Under the pieces are notes generated by a model that was not told the DNA's origin, made no database searches, and was given only the letters and a program-made list of their open reading frames with translations. Position numbers and translations under genes: made by a program. 64,000 bases of DNA from Octopus sinensis (Eukaryota): assembly GCF_006345805.1 (NCBI RefSeq), contig NC_043013.1, positions 27,838,001-27,902,000 of the forward strand. Direction: 5' to 3'. Below are positions 1-12,360 of this stretch, in pieces (the first letter of the stretch is position 1; each line of letters starts with the position of its first letter).

Positions 1-400
1 TGTTGGTCTGTAGCTCAACTGTGTCCCACATATATAATAAGGATGCAGTTTGATCTCAACAGTATTTGAACTCAAAGTATAAAATGTTGCGAGTAAAGAT
101 CACAAAGCATGTGGAGGTGCATGGTTTAGTACTTAGGGTGTTGGACTTATGATCGTATGATTGTGGTTTCAATTCCTGACTGGGTAATGTATTGTATTTT
201 TGTGCCAAACACTTCATTTCACATTGCTCCAGTTCATTCAATTGGCAAAAATGAGCAATCCTGCAACAGAATGGTATTTTGTCCAGAGGAAGAATATCTA
301 TGTCAGAGAAATCATGAAATTGGCCCTATGCTCCCTACAGAGTAGTATTGACTAGCCATTTTGTTCTGTGAGCTACAGTTTCTACCAAACCAAATAATAT

Positions 401-845
401 TAATAATTCTTTCAAATTTTGGGCACAGAGCCAGCAGTTTTCAGTGGAGGATGAATTATATCAACACCAGTACACAACTGGTAGCAATTTTATCAACACT
501 GAAAGGATGAAAGGCAAAGTCAACTTCAGCAGAATTTGAACTCAGGATGTAAAGACGGATGAAATGCCATGAAGCATTTTGTCTGGTGTGCTAATGATTC
601 TGCCAGCCCACTGACCCCCAAATAATATTCTTTTCTACTCTAGGCACAAGACTCGAAATTTTTGAGGAGGGGAAGCAGTCAATTAGATTGACTCCAGTAT
701 GCAACTGGTACTTCATTTATCAACCCCGAAAGGATGAAAGGCAAAGTCGACCTCAGCGGAATTTGAACTCAGAACACTAAGACAGATGAAATAATGCTAA
801 GCATTTCACCCGGCATGCTAACGTTTCTGCCAGCTTGCTGTCTTC
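401..845 (-). mobile_element. Two tandem SINE family A copies
   Basis: Reverse-complement family A core GAAAGGATGAAAGGCAAAGTC.ACCTC.GC.GAATTTGAACTCAG at about 401-612 and 628-845. Confidence 0.85.
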
Positions 846-1624
846 CTCTAAATAATATTCATAATAATGATATTATAACACCAACTATTTCAGTCAACAG
901 CTCAGTATGGTTTATTTATTAGTAACTCTATTCTATGGTCAGTAAGTTTAATGCCAATTAAATTTCTGTTGGATAACAAGAAAGCCAATGCACTTCAGAT
1001 CTGGTTGCAGAGTTGCAGCAGAGTTGTTGCCCCTTGACTTTTGAAAATGGTTTTCATTTTGCTGCAAGATTGCATGTATTTAATCTTACAACCAAATATG
1101 TTTTAATGTCAATAGATATATTAATATCTTACAAGCAGATACATTTAGGCAAACAAACTGGGGAATCGATACTCAACACACATAATACAGTGTATTTATT
1201 TAAAGCTGAAGTTTCATTCACTTGCTACACCTTCCAGCAACAAAAACATGAATGAAGGAATTCAGTTCAAGGAAATCACTGTGTCCAGACTTGGAGGGGG
1301 ATGAGTTACACCATGTTTAAAAGAAATTCCCAATCATATAGTTTCAGGTTTAGTCCCACTGCATTGGACCTTGGGCAACTGTCGTATTCAATAGTCCCAG
1401 GTTGACCTATGCTTTGTGAGTGAATTAGATAAATGGAAACTGAAGAAGCCTGTCGTGTGTGTGTGTGTGTGTATATAGTATCAGAAGCAGATTAGTGCAA
1501 AATTAAATGAAAACCTTATGTAGTCCATAACAAGTCATTAATCCACCATCAGATATGGTTTTACTGTCATACAAGGACTCTTCTATTCACATCACCATTG
1601 ACTGTCATGATTGACTGCTAGCTC

Positions 1625-1775
1625 CAAGTCTTTTTTTATTCTGTCTCTGTTTATTTCTTGGTGTTCCTTTCTGATGAAGAGCGTAGGCTCAAAACATAAA
1701 AGACTTTTTCACCTTCCCGAGTATTAAACTAATACACCTGTCTTCCTCTTTTGCTTTTCTGTAAATTTCAACTCT
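1625..1775 (+). mobile_element. Decayed copy of a related hammerhead-bearing pLTR-like repeat (motif 1667-1703)
   Basis: CTTT CTGATGA A GAGC GTAG GCTC AAAAC AT A AAAG. Stems I and II are intact; GAAAC-GT has decayed to AAAAC-AT. The downstream sequence resembles the 15.1 kb copy and runs into (CT)n(TA)n. Confidence 0.55.
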
Positions 1776-1787
1776 CTCTCTCTCTCT

Positions 1788-1829
<42 letters not shown>

Positions 1830-2048
1830 TAATTTATAATTATATCAAGGGTATGGATAAACCCCACCAACATGCTAATAATAGATGCCAAATGGCTCTA
1901 AAAACCACATCTGTACTTTGTTAACACAGGTTGTAAACAGACAGATGAAAAAAATGAATAGATTTCTTTTTTAAATGTCAAATGTTTGTGACCCTGAGAT
2001 ACCTACTGACAATACTGAAGTATTTCCAATATTGCAATGGATTTTAAG

Positions 2049-2412
2049 GCATGATGGGTAAAATGCTTAGTGGTATTTCGTACAATATGCGCTACTGTTC
2101 AAATTTTGTCAAGGTTGACTTTGCCTTTCATCCTTTTGGAGTCGCTAAATTAAGTACCAGTTGTGTACTGGGGCCACTCTAATCGATTGGCCCCCTCCTC
2201 CAAAATTTTGGACCTTGTGTCTAGAGTAGAAAATGATATTTATACAAGGGTTGTCTGTCTTCATGTTCTGAGTTCAAATGCCACCAAGGTCGACTTTGTC
2301 TTTCATCCTTTCGGGGTTGATAAATTAAGTACCAGTTGTGTACTGGAGTTGATCTAATCGACTGGCCCCTTGCCCCAAAATTTCGGGCCATGTGCCAAGA
2401 GTAGAAAAGAAT
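2049..2412 (+). mobile_element. Two adjacent SINE family A copies
   Basis: CTTTGCCTTTCATCCTTT.GG.GT.G.TAAATTAAGTACCAGTTGTGTACTGG occurs twice (about 2049-2235 and 2256-2412). Confidence 0.85.
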
Positions 2413-3054
2413 ATTGCAATGGATTTGGAAGAGCTTGCAAAGCCTGTGAGTAGCTCCTGCAGTTTCTGTATGGAGCAAAGCATCTCTGATATTTATTTCA
2501 CTATGTCTGGAAACTGCTGAGTTTTTACTTGTTATGCACTTGAAGCTGTTTACATGACTATATCAACACAGTTAAAACTCTTCTAGAGAAGATCAATGGG
2601 GCAGTTGCTCTGACAGATCTTTTGGATGCAAAATTTCCCCTGGTTAAGGCCTGTTAATTAATAAGGAAACATCAACAATGACGATGTGTGGCTTACTGGT
2701 TAGTATATTGCACTCATGATCGCCAGACTATGGGTTCAATTCCCAGACTGGGTGGTGTGTTGTGTTCTTGAGCAAAACACTTCATTTTACATGGCTCTAG
2801 TGCTGTGTGGGGACTGGAATGTCAAAGAATAGACCAACATTTTCCTCTGCGTGTCATAAAAGGTGAAGAAAAGGGTTCGAGGTACAATTTGCAATCCGAC
2901 CTCATAAAACCCTCATCAGCAATGACTACCCAGATGGACCCATGAGGTGGAGGGTTGTTGCCTGAGTAGTGCAAAGGTGTCATCCACCAGGTGCAGGGAA
3001 ACACCAACAAATTGCAGAAGCATGAGCAACACACTGTTACAGCATATGTCCCCA

Positions 3055-3102
<48 letters not shown>

Positions 3103-3188
3103 ATCAACAGTATCTTCCCACCACCACCACCACCACCACCACCATCACCGCCGCCGCCGTCACCGCCGCCGCCACCACCACCACCACC
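3055..3188. repeat. Compound trinucleotide microsatellite (TAC)n-(CAC)n-(CGC)n-(CAC)n
   Basis: Directly visible. It is the source of the poly-Y/poly-P track ORFs. Confidence 0.98.
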
Positions 3189-6100
3189 TTTCTTATGCCA
3201 CTGTTTGATCTTTTGTACTTCACAGTCAAATATTCTAATGGTTTCGTATCAGAAGCAGATTAGTGCAAAGCTAAATGAAAACCTTATATCATTAATCCCC
3301 CACTGGATTTGGTTTTACTCTCATACAAGGACTCTTCTGCTTACATCACCATTAATTTAACCAATGAAATACAAAAGATTATTTTGATATGAGTTGTCTG
3401 TGTGATTTCCACGCACTGGGGTCGATATAATTGACTTAATCCGTTTGTCTGTCCTTGTTTGTCCTCTCTGTTTAGCCCCTTGTGGGTAGTAAAGAAATTG
3501 GTATGTGTGTCTGTGGAGTGCTCAGCCACTCATTCATTCATATGATGAGCTGTTCTGTTGATCATATCAACTGGAACCCGTATTGTTGTAAGCGACAGAG
3601 TGCCATTTTTTTTTTACTTGGTTGAGAATAATAGAGAGAGAGAGAGAGAGAGAGAGAGAAAATAAGGATGATGTGAACATAGTTAAAAGCAGGGCTCTGG
3701 ACAGGGATGTTTGATATGAATACTTAGAATCCCTCTTCATCACATGAGGTTACAGTAAGTTATCACTGAATACATATCTTGATGAAATAGTGAGTCAAGA
3801 TTAATTAATCTTTGTGTTGTGGAGAATTTCAAAGGATGTTACTAATGAAGGGTTTATGTCGTAGTGTATTGTGGGCTGATTCTACCAACCTGTTGTGCCG
3901 TGTCAAGAGTAAGCCAGCTTAGTTGAGCTCATCTATCAAGTTAAAGATATCAGGAGAAGATCATAGATATGGGGACTAAGTGAAGCAAAATATGTAAACT
4001 CAACTTGAATCTACATTGTATGAAAAGCCTACAACCATTCTGTGCTAATAACACATATTAAACAAATTCATCTGTTGAAAATTGCAATACTATTATTGGC
4101 AGTTTGAGCAAATTTGAATGAAATATTTTAAGCAATTCCAAACCTGGAATTTGAAACATCTAAGATTGGTTCCTGCTTTATCTCTATAATTATGCCTCGT
4201 TTTAAAATTAAATAATCTGTATTGTTTAAACATGAACATATTTCTCTTTATTGAGAAAAAGTTTTTAGGCTATCTTCATTCTTTAACAAGGAGACAAAGG
4301 AGAAAGGATAGAATTTTTGTATTTGTGCTTTAATCTACCAAAATACACTTCTATATAAAGAGAGATTTTAATTTGATACGGTTAATAATAGCCTTCTGTT
4401 CATAATGAAAATTTGTTTTGGGGGGGTTTCGTTTAACCTTTTTTACAATCTTAAAAATTGAAAGGAAATTACAGGTTATAATTTATTCATTTTTTCCACT
4501 TTTTAATTAAATTAAATTAATCCTTTTATGAAGTGTAAGATTCCTTAAGGTGATTAAGTAATTAAAGTACATAATAAAGGTGCTTGATTAATTAATCAGT
4601 TAAGCTGATTAATTCCAGTTACAGACACAGGTATGATTGTGTGGTAAAAAGTTTGCTTTTCAACCACAAGACTGCAGGTTCAGTCCCACCGCATGGCATC
4701 TCAGGTATTGTCTTCTATTATAACCCTAGGTTGACCAAAACCTTGTGAGTAGGTACCTGGCATATATCTAACTATCTATCTATATACATATGAGTGTATA
4801 TATATATATTATGTATGTATATATATTTGTGTGTGTTTGTATGTATGTGTATGTGTGCTTGCATGAGTGCATATGTGTGAATGCATGTGTGTCTTCGTGT
4901 TTGTCCCCCACCACTGCTTGACAATCGGTGATGGTTTGTTTGTCCCTAAAACTTAACAGTTCAGCAAAAGAAATCAATAGAATAAGTTCCAGGCTTTTAA
5001 AATAGTACTGGGGTCAATTCATTCAACTAAAAGCTCTTCAAGGCAGTGCCCCAGTATGGCCAGAGTCTAATGACTGGAACAAATAAAGATAAAAGGATAG
5101 ATATAAGCAAATGAACAGGATGAAAGCCACTACAATGTTGGAAACTTTTATTTGTTTTGTTTCCATCATTGAAAATTATTAAATCAAAAATATTGAATGA
5201 ATTTATCATTTTAATTGTTTTATCATTATTTCATGTTCATTACTTATTATTCTTGTTTTTGTTCAATCAAGCTTCTTCTAATCACCACAATGAAATCATT
5301 CAACCAAACCTATATATCTCTTCAACATTTTACCTTATCTTGTTTATGGTTCTGTTTCCATTCACTGTTTATTTATTGTAATTAATCTTTTTCACTTTGA
5401 ACAGACGAGTGACAATTGATCTGTCTAATAGAGATTACTTGTTATTTTTGAAGGGTGACTAGACACAAAAATCTCAATGTTTTATAGGAAAAAGAAATGA
5501 AAACCACACTCATTTCCCCTAAGGTCAAGGTTTCTTTTAGATCATGAGTCTGCAACATCACAGCTAACCCCAGATTAAACAACAACAACCTAGTGATCAA
5601 AGGTTTCATAGATCATATAATGTCACCAATTACAGCTGGTCAAACTGATTGAGTGATAACCCATTGACCAAATGATCAAGGAGTGATTTCATTTCATGAG
5701 AGCAGCACTACTTTCCTTTCTTGATAAATATGCTTGATTTTCAAACAGCCCTCTTTTCCAGTTTAATGCCTCCTTTACTCAAAGGTAACACACTGCCAAA
5801 CTAATTTTATTGGATGGGTTATGTCATGCTGATGATTTCTAAAAAGATTGAAACAGTGCTGCAAATTAGTAATCTTTCATAAACATCTTTTCGTTTTTCT
5901 GGATTATTTGTTATGAACTGATATTTTCCATCTCCACTGCTTTCTGTTACTGGGTTGTGGTGACATTGGGGCAGCACATTTTAAAGTATAGTTAATTACA
6001 TCAACCCAAGTATTTAATTTATCAACCCTGGAAGGAAGAAAGAGTTATTGGATCAGAGTAAGATTTGAATGAACTCAAAATGTAAATGGACCTAACCATA

Positions 6101-7211
6101 TAGCACAAAGTGTTTTGTCTGATATTTTGTCAATTATGACAAGTATGTTATAATCACAAGGTGCTAGGTTCAATCCCACAGTGATATCTTGGGCAAGTAC
6201 TTTTTTTACTATAACTGTGGATCATCCCAAATTTTGTCAGTGAAATTGGTTACATGGAGACTGTGAGGAAGCCTGCTGGATTTATTGTACCTATAATTAA
6301 ATGCATAACCTTGTTACACTGACTCCACCTGCATCTGTGGAGTATCTAGCCACATCATCATCATCATAAACATTCACTTTTCCGTGCTTGCACAGGTCAG
6401 ATATTCTATGGCTGGATGCCCTTCCTGTTGGCAACCTTCATCTGTTTCCTATCATCAGCAACCACTTTACAGTGTGTGTTGGGTGCTTTTAACATGCCAC
6501 CAGTATCAGTGCTTTTACTATATATTTTGATTTATATATATATACTCTCCCTCTCTCATTCTTCATTCTTTCTGGTTTTTCTACCACCCTTCCCTATTCT
6601 TCTTCTCTCCCTTTCACCATTCCTTTTCTCTTACTCCTCCTCCTCTTCCTCCTCCTCCCTTTCGTCACTGACATGTGACCAGAGGACTACTTTCTTTCTG
6701 ACTACTGCCTTCAACAAGTATAGCTGTTCTCTCAAAGTGTTCAAAATAATTTTTCCTTTCGTTTCAGCTTAACAGCCCTTACCGTTTGTTTTCACTGTGT
6801 TATTCTCCTTGTCCTGTCTTTTACTGTTTTTATTTGTATTGTTTTTACTGTCCTGTTTTTGTTACCACTTTTACCCCGCCGCAAAAAATCCCAAATTTTA
6901 TTTAATTTGCTTTGCGGGAAGGATTGTTTCAACGAAGTCGTGTCTTGCCCTTACCTTCGAAACACGGAGTAGGCGAAGCAGGGGCAGCTGAAGAAGGGGA
7001 ATATTCCTTGTGTTGTATGTCTTGTACTCTGTTTTATCGTTGTTTGAAAATAGTCTGTTTCCATGGTCTTGTTTTTATGTTTTCGTTTCTCATTGTGTTG
7101 GACGTTTTTTTGGTGTCCTGTACCTATATATGCATGCATATATACATATAGATGTAGGTATGTACATATATGTATGTATATATGCATATGTTTTATTTAT
7201 TATTTTGTTAT

Positions 7212-7282
<71 letters not shown>

Positions 7283-7283
<1 letters not shown>

Positions 7284-7770
7284 TAGCAGTATTGCCCGGC
7301 GGCTTTGCAAAATGGTCACATTTAATTCAAAGCGTTAAAAATGTTATGAAAATAATTGGTATGTGTTCACAAAGTCCAAACGATTAATACGAAAAAACCC
7401 TCCAGGCTACATCCCGAAAATTCATTTCTTTGCTGAATTTCTACAATGTTTACGGCAATTCGTTTTTATATCTTGATTTTTTCATTTTCATGCAATTTAC
7501 ACATGCTTGCACGCGTGGTGAACACAGTTCACGTCAAACAGCTGACTGAGTAAAGTTCACTATTCAATGCATGGGATAAGGCCTAAACAAACACATTATC
7601 GATTTTTGCACTTGCGAGATGAATTTCGGAACAGAAATAGCACAGTTCAATTTTCATTCGCCTAAACTTTAAGTGACCCATTTTTGGTGGTTCTACGATT
7701 TATTGGCTAGGAGGAGATGTGCCAGGAAGTTAAACACACAGACACACAAGTTGAGTTTTATATATATAGA
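7283..7770 (-). mobile_element. Non-autonomous Helitron-like element (~490 bp)
   Basis: On the minus strand it begins A|TC TATATATATAAAAC followed by a (GT)-rich microsatellite, and ends with GC-rich GCAAAGCCGCCGGGCAATACTG then CTAG|T. These are the Helitron hallmarks: 5' TC, 3' CTAG, insertion between A and T. It is richer in CpG than the flanks. Confidence 0.7.
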
Positions 7771-8710
7771 TATATATATATATTATATACACAATTAGTC
7801 TCTTTAGTTTCTGTCTACCAAATCCATGCAGAAAAATTTGGTCTGCCCAGAGTAAAAGTAGAAAACACTTTCCCAAGCTGTTGTATAGTGGGGACTGAAC
7901 TTGGGACTTCATGCTTGGAGAGCAAGCTATTTAACCACACAACCACACCAGCACAGATACACAAATTTAATGAGCTGGTAGTTGATCAATCAAATTAATA
8001 TTCATCAATGATACAGACTAAGATCTATTTTTACTTCATTTCTTATCTATTCTACAATTGCTACTTATATCAGTTTATCTTTCGTTCAAACCAGTTCATT
8101 ATCCTAGGTCTTTTGTTTATCTAAATATTAATCTAATTTAGTTTAAATCTTTACCATTTAATGATGTACTGATATAATCTTTTTCTTGTACTTTTTTTTT
8201 TTTAGAAATACATAATTTTTAGAAACTGCCAAATTAAAACTGAAATCTTTTCTTGTTGTTCTTTAATTTCCCCTTAGTGTCACAACTAATTATAAAGCAT
8301 ATATATATATATATATATATGGCGGTGCCCCAGCATGGCCACAGCTCGTGAGCTGAAACTAGATAAGATAAATAAAATATATATATATATGTTATAGAAA
8401 GGCATGGCTGTGAGGTAAAGCTTGCTTCCCAACCACATGGTTTCTGGTTCAGCCCCACTGCATGGCACATTAGGCAAGTGTCTTCCACTATAGTGTCAGG
8501 CCAACCAAAGCCTTATGAGTGCATTTGGTAAACGGAAAGTGTAAGAAGCCCATCGTATATACATACATTTATATATATATATATGTATGTATATATTTGT
8601 GTTTGTTTCCCCCCACCATCGCTTGACAGCTAGTATTGGTGTGTTCACATCCCTGTGACTTAGCAGTTTAGCAAAAGAGACTGATAGAATAAGTTCCAGG
8701 TTAATAGAGG

Positions 8711-9023
8711 GATTGGCCACCCCAACCCCCAGATCTTACTCCCCTTGTCTATTTCCTTTGGAGACATCTCAAATCTATTGCCTACCACAATCATCCACAC
8801 ACTCTTCATGATTTGAAAGATGCAATAACAAGTGAGCGCCAAAAGATCACCCTTTCCATCTTTTGGAGTGTCAAAGACAGTTTCATAAAGATGCGTGCTT
8901 TATTGCAGAGGGTGCTCAATTTGAGCATTTGTTAGGATTAATTTCAATAAAGCCGTTTTTGAAATCAATAAAGGTGCATTTTTTCAAAAGAAACCAGGAT
9001 GGTGCACAACTTCTGGGACACCT

Positions 9024-9026
<3 letters not shown>
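8711..9026 (+). mobile_element. IS630/Tc1/mariner transposase C-terminal remnant with probable right TIR
   Basis: The frame from 8711 reads DWPPQPPDLTPLVYFLWRHLKSIAYHNHPHTLHDLKDAITSERQKIT...FIK. After a frameshift near 8890 it reads CFIAEGAQFEHLL. This matches the WP..SPDL.P.D.FLWG.LK...Y / G..FEHLL pattern of this superfamily. It ends in ACTTCTGGGACACCTTGT, and the 5' part is missing. Confidence 0.85.
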
Positions 9027-9056
<30 letters not shown>

Positions 9057-9297
9057 CTTTTACTCTTTTACTTGTTTCAGTCATTTGACTGCGGCCATGC
9101 TGGAGCACTGCCTTTAGTCGAGCAAATCGATCCCGGGACTTATTCTTTGTAAGCCCAGTACTTATTCTATCAGTCTCTTTTGCCGAACTGCTAAGTGACA
9201 GGGATGTAAACACACCAGCATCGGTTGTCAAGCAATGCTAGGGGGACAAACACAGACACACAAACACATACACACACACATATATATATACATATAT

Positions 9298-9461
9298 ACG
9301 ACAGGCTTCTTTCAGTTTCCGTCTACCAAATCCACTCACAAGGCATTGGTTGGCCTGGGGCTATAGCAGAAGACACTTGCCCAAGATGCCACGCAGTGGG
9401 ACTGAACCCAGAACCATGTGGTTGGTTAGCAAGCTACTTACCACAGAGCCACTCCTGTGTG

Positions 9462-9495
<34 letters not shown>

Positions 9496-9674
9496 TATAT
9501 ATACATATATACGACAGGCTTCTTTCAGTTTCCGTCTACCAAATCCACTCACAAGGCATTGGTTGGCCTGGGGCTATAGCAGAAGACACTTGCCCAAGAT
9601 GCCACGCAGTGGGACTGAACCCAGAACCATGTGGTTGGTTAGCAAGCTACTTACCACAGAGCCACTCCTGTGTG

Positions 9675-9690
<16 letters not shown>
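9298..9690. repeat. Tandem duplication with a 213-bp period (SINE B copy plus TA/CA run)
   Basis: ACGACAGGCTTCTTTCAG..GCCACTCCTGTGTG starts at 9298 and again at 9511 with no differences seen. Confidence 0.95.
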
Positions 9691-9708
<18 letters not shown>

Positions 9709-11462
9709 AATATATGTATGTATGTGTGTGTGTGTGTGTGCATGCATGCATTTGAAACTTAGGGATCATATTTGTTACTTGCTAGGAGCATCTTGCTTCC
9801 TATTCTCAGAGTGCCATAAAAACTGGAAGCAGAAAATTCAGAACAGGTGACAGAGAGAAGCTTCAGCTTTGAACAAATGAATCTACTCAACTACACGGAT
9901 TGAGTACTTTTTTTTGTAGTTTGTGAATCTAAACACACACATGCATATATATATATATATATACAAAGAGAGAAAAGGACAGGTTGATAAATAGTTAGAT
10001 AAATAGACGGACAATGTTATAGGAACACCATCTATAAAATTTGAAGTTTGAGGCATACTTATTTTTGTTCTCTTTAAGATTGCTCTTGTTGTTGTTTTGA
10101 TTGATTTGAGATGAGAAAGACGTAGAGAGACAATATTTTTACTTTTCAGCAAAGCAATTTTCTCTCAGATGCATAATTTTAAGCAACCACTCTAGCCTAC
10201 TAACCTTTCATTTAACTGTACAGTTACTTCCCACCCCTAACACACACATGAAACCATCCATCATTAGTTTTTAGAAATGAAGCTAATGAGATAAAAAAAA
10301 AACTGGTAGACAGATTGTAACTAAAATAGACTAGCAGATGAGAAACATCTGATATATAAATACCATTTTAATTACATTAATTATATTTTGCCTGATAGGT
10401 GAACAAGATTCAGACAACGAACAGTTATTTTGTTAGCAATTAATTCATTTAGGGAACCTTTCCAACTCTGATAGTCACAGAAAAACTGGATATAGTCTTA
10501 CAGAACCAGTACTATAATGGCTTGAAGGATATTGGGTAGTAGGACTGACACACTGTTGGTGTGTCAGACCTTCCTGGTTTTACGTGTTTTCAGAGTTGAG
10601 TTCATTCACTCATTTGCTGGCATTTGGATTATCAGCCCCTCAGGAACCTTACCTACCAATATTAGATATTTTTTTGACAAAGATTGATATGAAGGCTATG
10701 CATCAGCCTCATTAATTTCTCCAGGCTGTGAGGGCCTAGAAAGGTCACAGACAAACCCTTAGTCCTCTCATTAGCTTGTTAAAAAACAAAAACAAGTTTG
10801 GGACAGCAGGAAATTGTTAACCCTTAAAAGTAAAAATAAAAGACAAAACAAAAGGAAAACCTTTCAAGACAATATGGCCATCATAAAAATGGTGATATTC
10901 ACTCAAACCAGCCATATATAGGGGAAGATGTGTGTGACATTTGCTTCTCCACTACACAGTCCAAAGTTCACTCTCACTATGACATCTTGGGCAAGTGTCT
11001 TCTACAATAGCTTCAAGTTAACCAAAGCCTTATGAGTGGACTTGGGAGATGGAATTCAAAAGAAGTCCATTGTATATATCTATGTGTATGTCTTTGTTTA
11101 TCTTGATAACCCATGTTGGTTAGTTTACATCCCCATAACCCAGTAGAGTGGCAAAAAGAGACCGAGAGAACACATACCAGGCTTAAGAAAAGGAGAACTG
11201 AGATCAGTTTGCTCAACTAAACTCTTCAAGGTGGTACCCCACTTTCAATTGTGGCTGCAATCCAATGACTGAAGCAAGTAAAAGGTTAAAAGATAATGCT
11301 AAGCATTACCTTTGATAGCAGGAAAAGCTAAGGTACTTGTAGTTATATTGTACAAGAAGTTCCTTTAATTCCATTATTACCTCATTTGAAAAAAAAACAA
11401 ACAATTGGTCTGGAGGAAGGAACTGTGTCCATGAGCTGTTGTTGGCCTTCCAAAACTGGTGA

Positions 11463-11660
11463 GATTGATGTGAGAGATATTTTTTCTTTTGAACAGCTAA
11501 AAGTTAATGACTTCTGGAAAATATAGGCAAGGGGGAAGTTCCAGAATGAAGGTGTTCTGGTAAGAAAGAACATGGAATATTGGTAAACGCAGAGATAATA
11601 GGAGACCAGGCAGCTCTGAGGAGCAGATGTTATTGTATCAGTAGAGAAGGATGAGAAATG
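11463..11660 (-). mobile_element. CR1-like LINE 3' end remnant
   Basis: Degenerate translation CSSEL.. FFLTRTPSFWN.. FPEVINF*LFK..ISHINL resembles the ORF2 C-terminal pattern FF.RT..LWN.LP..VFP..NL..FK. Confidence 0.6.
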
Positions 11661-12219
11661 ATAGCATATCTATGAGCCAGTGATTGGAGAGTATGGAATG
11701 TAATGGTGATACATACACACATAATATATTTTTACTAGTTCCAGTTCATGGCTGTGGCCATGCTGGGGCACCGCTATTATGTATGTGAATACATCATGAA
11801 TACAAGATTTCATGCCCATATTTTTTCTCCATGCTTGCATGGGTTAGACAAGACTTAAGGAAGCAGTATTCTATGGTTGGGTGTCCATCCTGACATCAAT
11901 TCTTATATAATGTTTCAGTAAGCATTTATGTAATTATGGTAATTAATTTCTTGAAATACATAAATGTTTTATAAAACTCAAAAAGCTATTTATGTTTTCT
12001 GTATTTTGTTAATACTCTAATTCCAAACACTAGCCTCTTCTATGGTCTGCTGCCCTGTGTCAAACTCCACTCGATACAGAGGGACATACTACTGAACTTG
12101 AACTCTGGTTAGGTGTTTCAGTGCATACGTACATAAATATATATATATATAATTCAACTTATGTTGAAAGTCAACAAAGTTTGCTTTAGAAGTGTTGAGA
12201 TTTATTGAAAGACACAGAT

Positions 12220-12347
12220 AAAGAAATAATTTTGTCCTCAAACGTAGGATAATGCTAATAATATAGCATGAACAGGATAAACAATCCATCCTGTTCATGC
12301 TATATTAATTAGCATTATCCTGCACTTGAGAATAAAATTATTTCCTT
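12220..12347. repeat. Fold-back palindrome (about 59-bp arms, 9-nt loop), MITE-like
   Basis: AGGATAATGCTAATAATATAGCATGAACAGGAT and ATCCTGTTCATGCTATATTAATTAGCATTATCCT are near-perfect reverse complements. Confidence 0.85.
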
Positions 12348-12360
12348 ATCTGTACCTTAT

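Noticed and set aside
2947-3360. 137-aa poly-Tyr/poly-Pro ORF resembling an extensin-like protein
   Set aside because: It is produced by a compound (TAC)n(CAC)n(CGC)n microsatellite next to repeat-derived sequence, with no splice or domain support.
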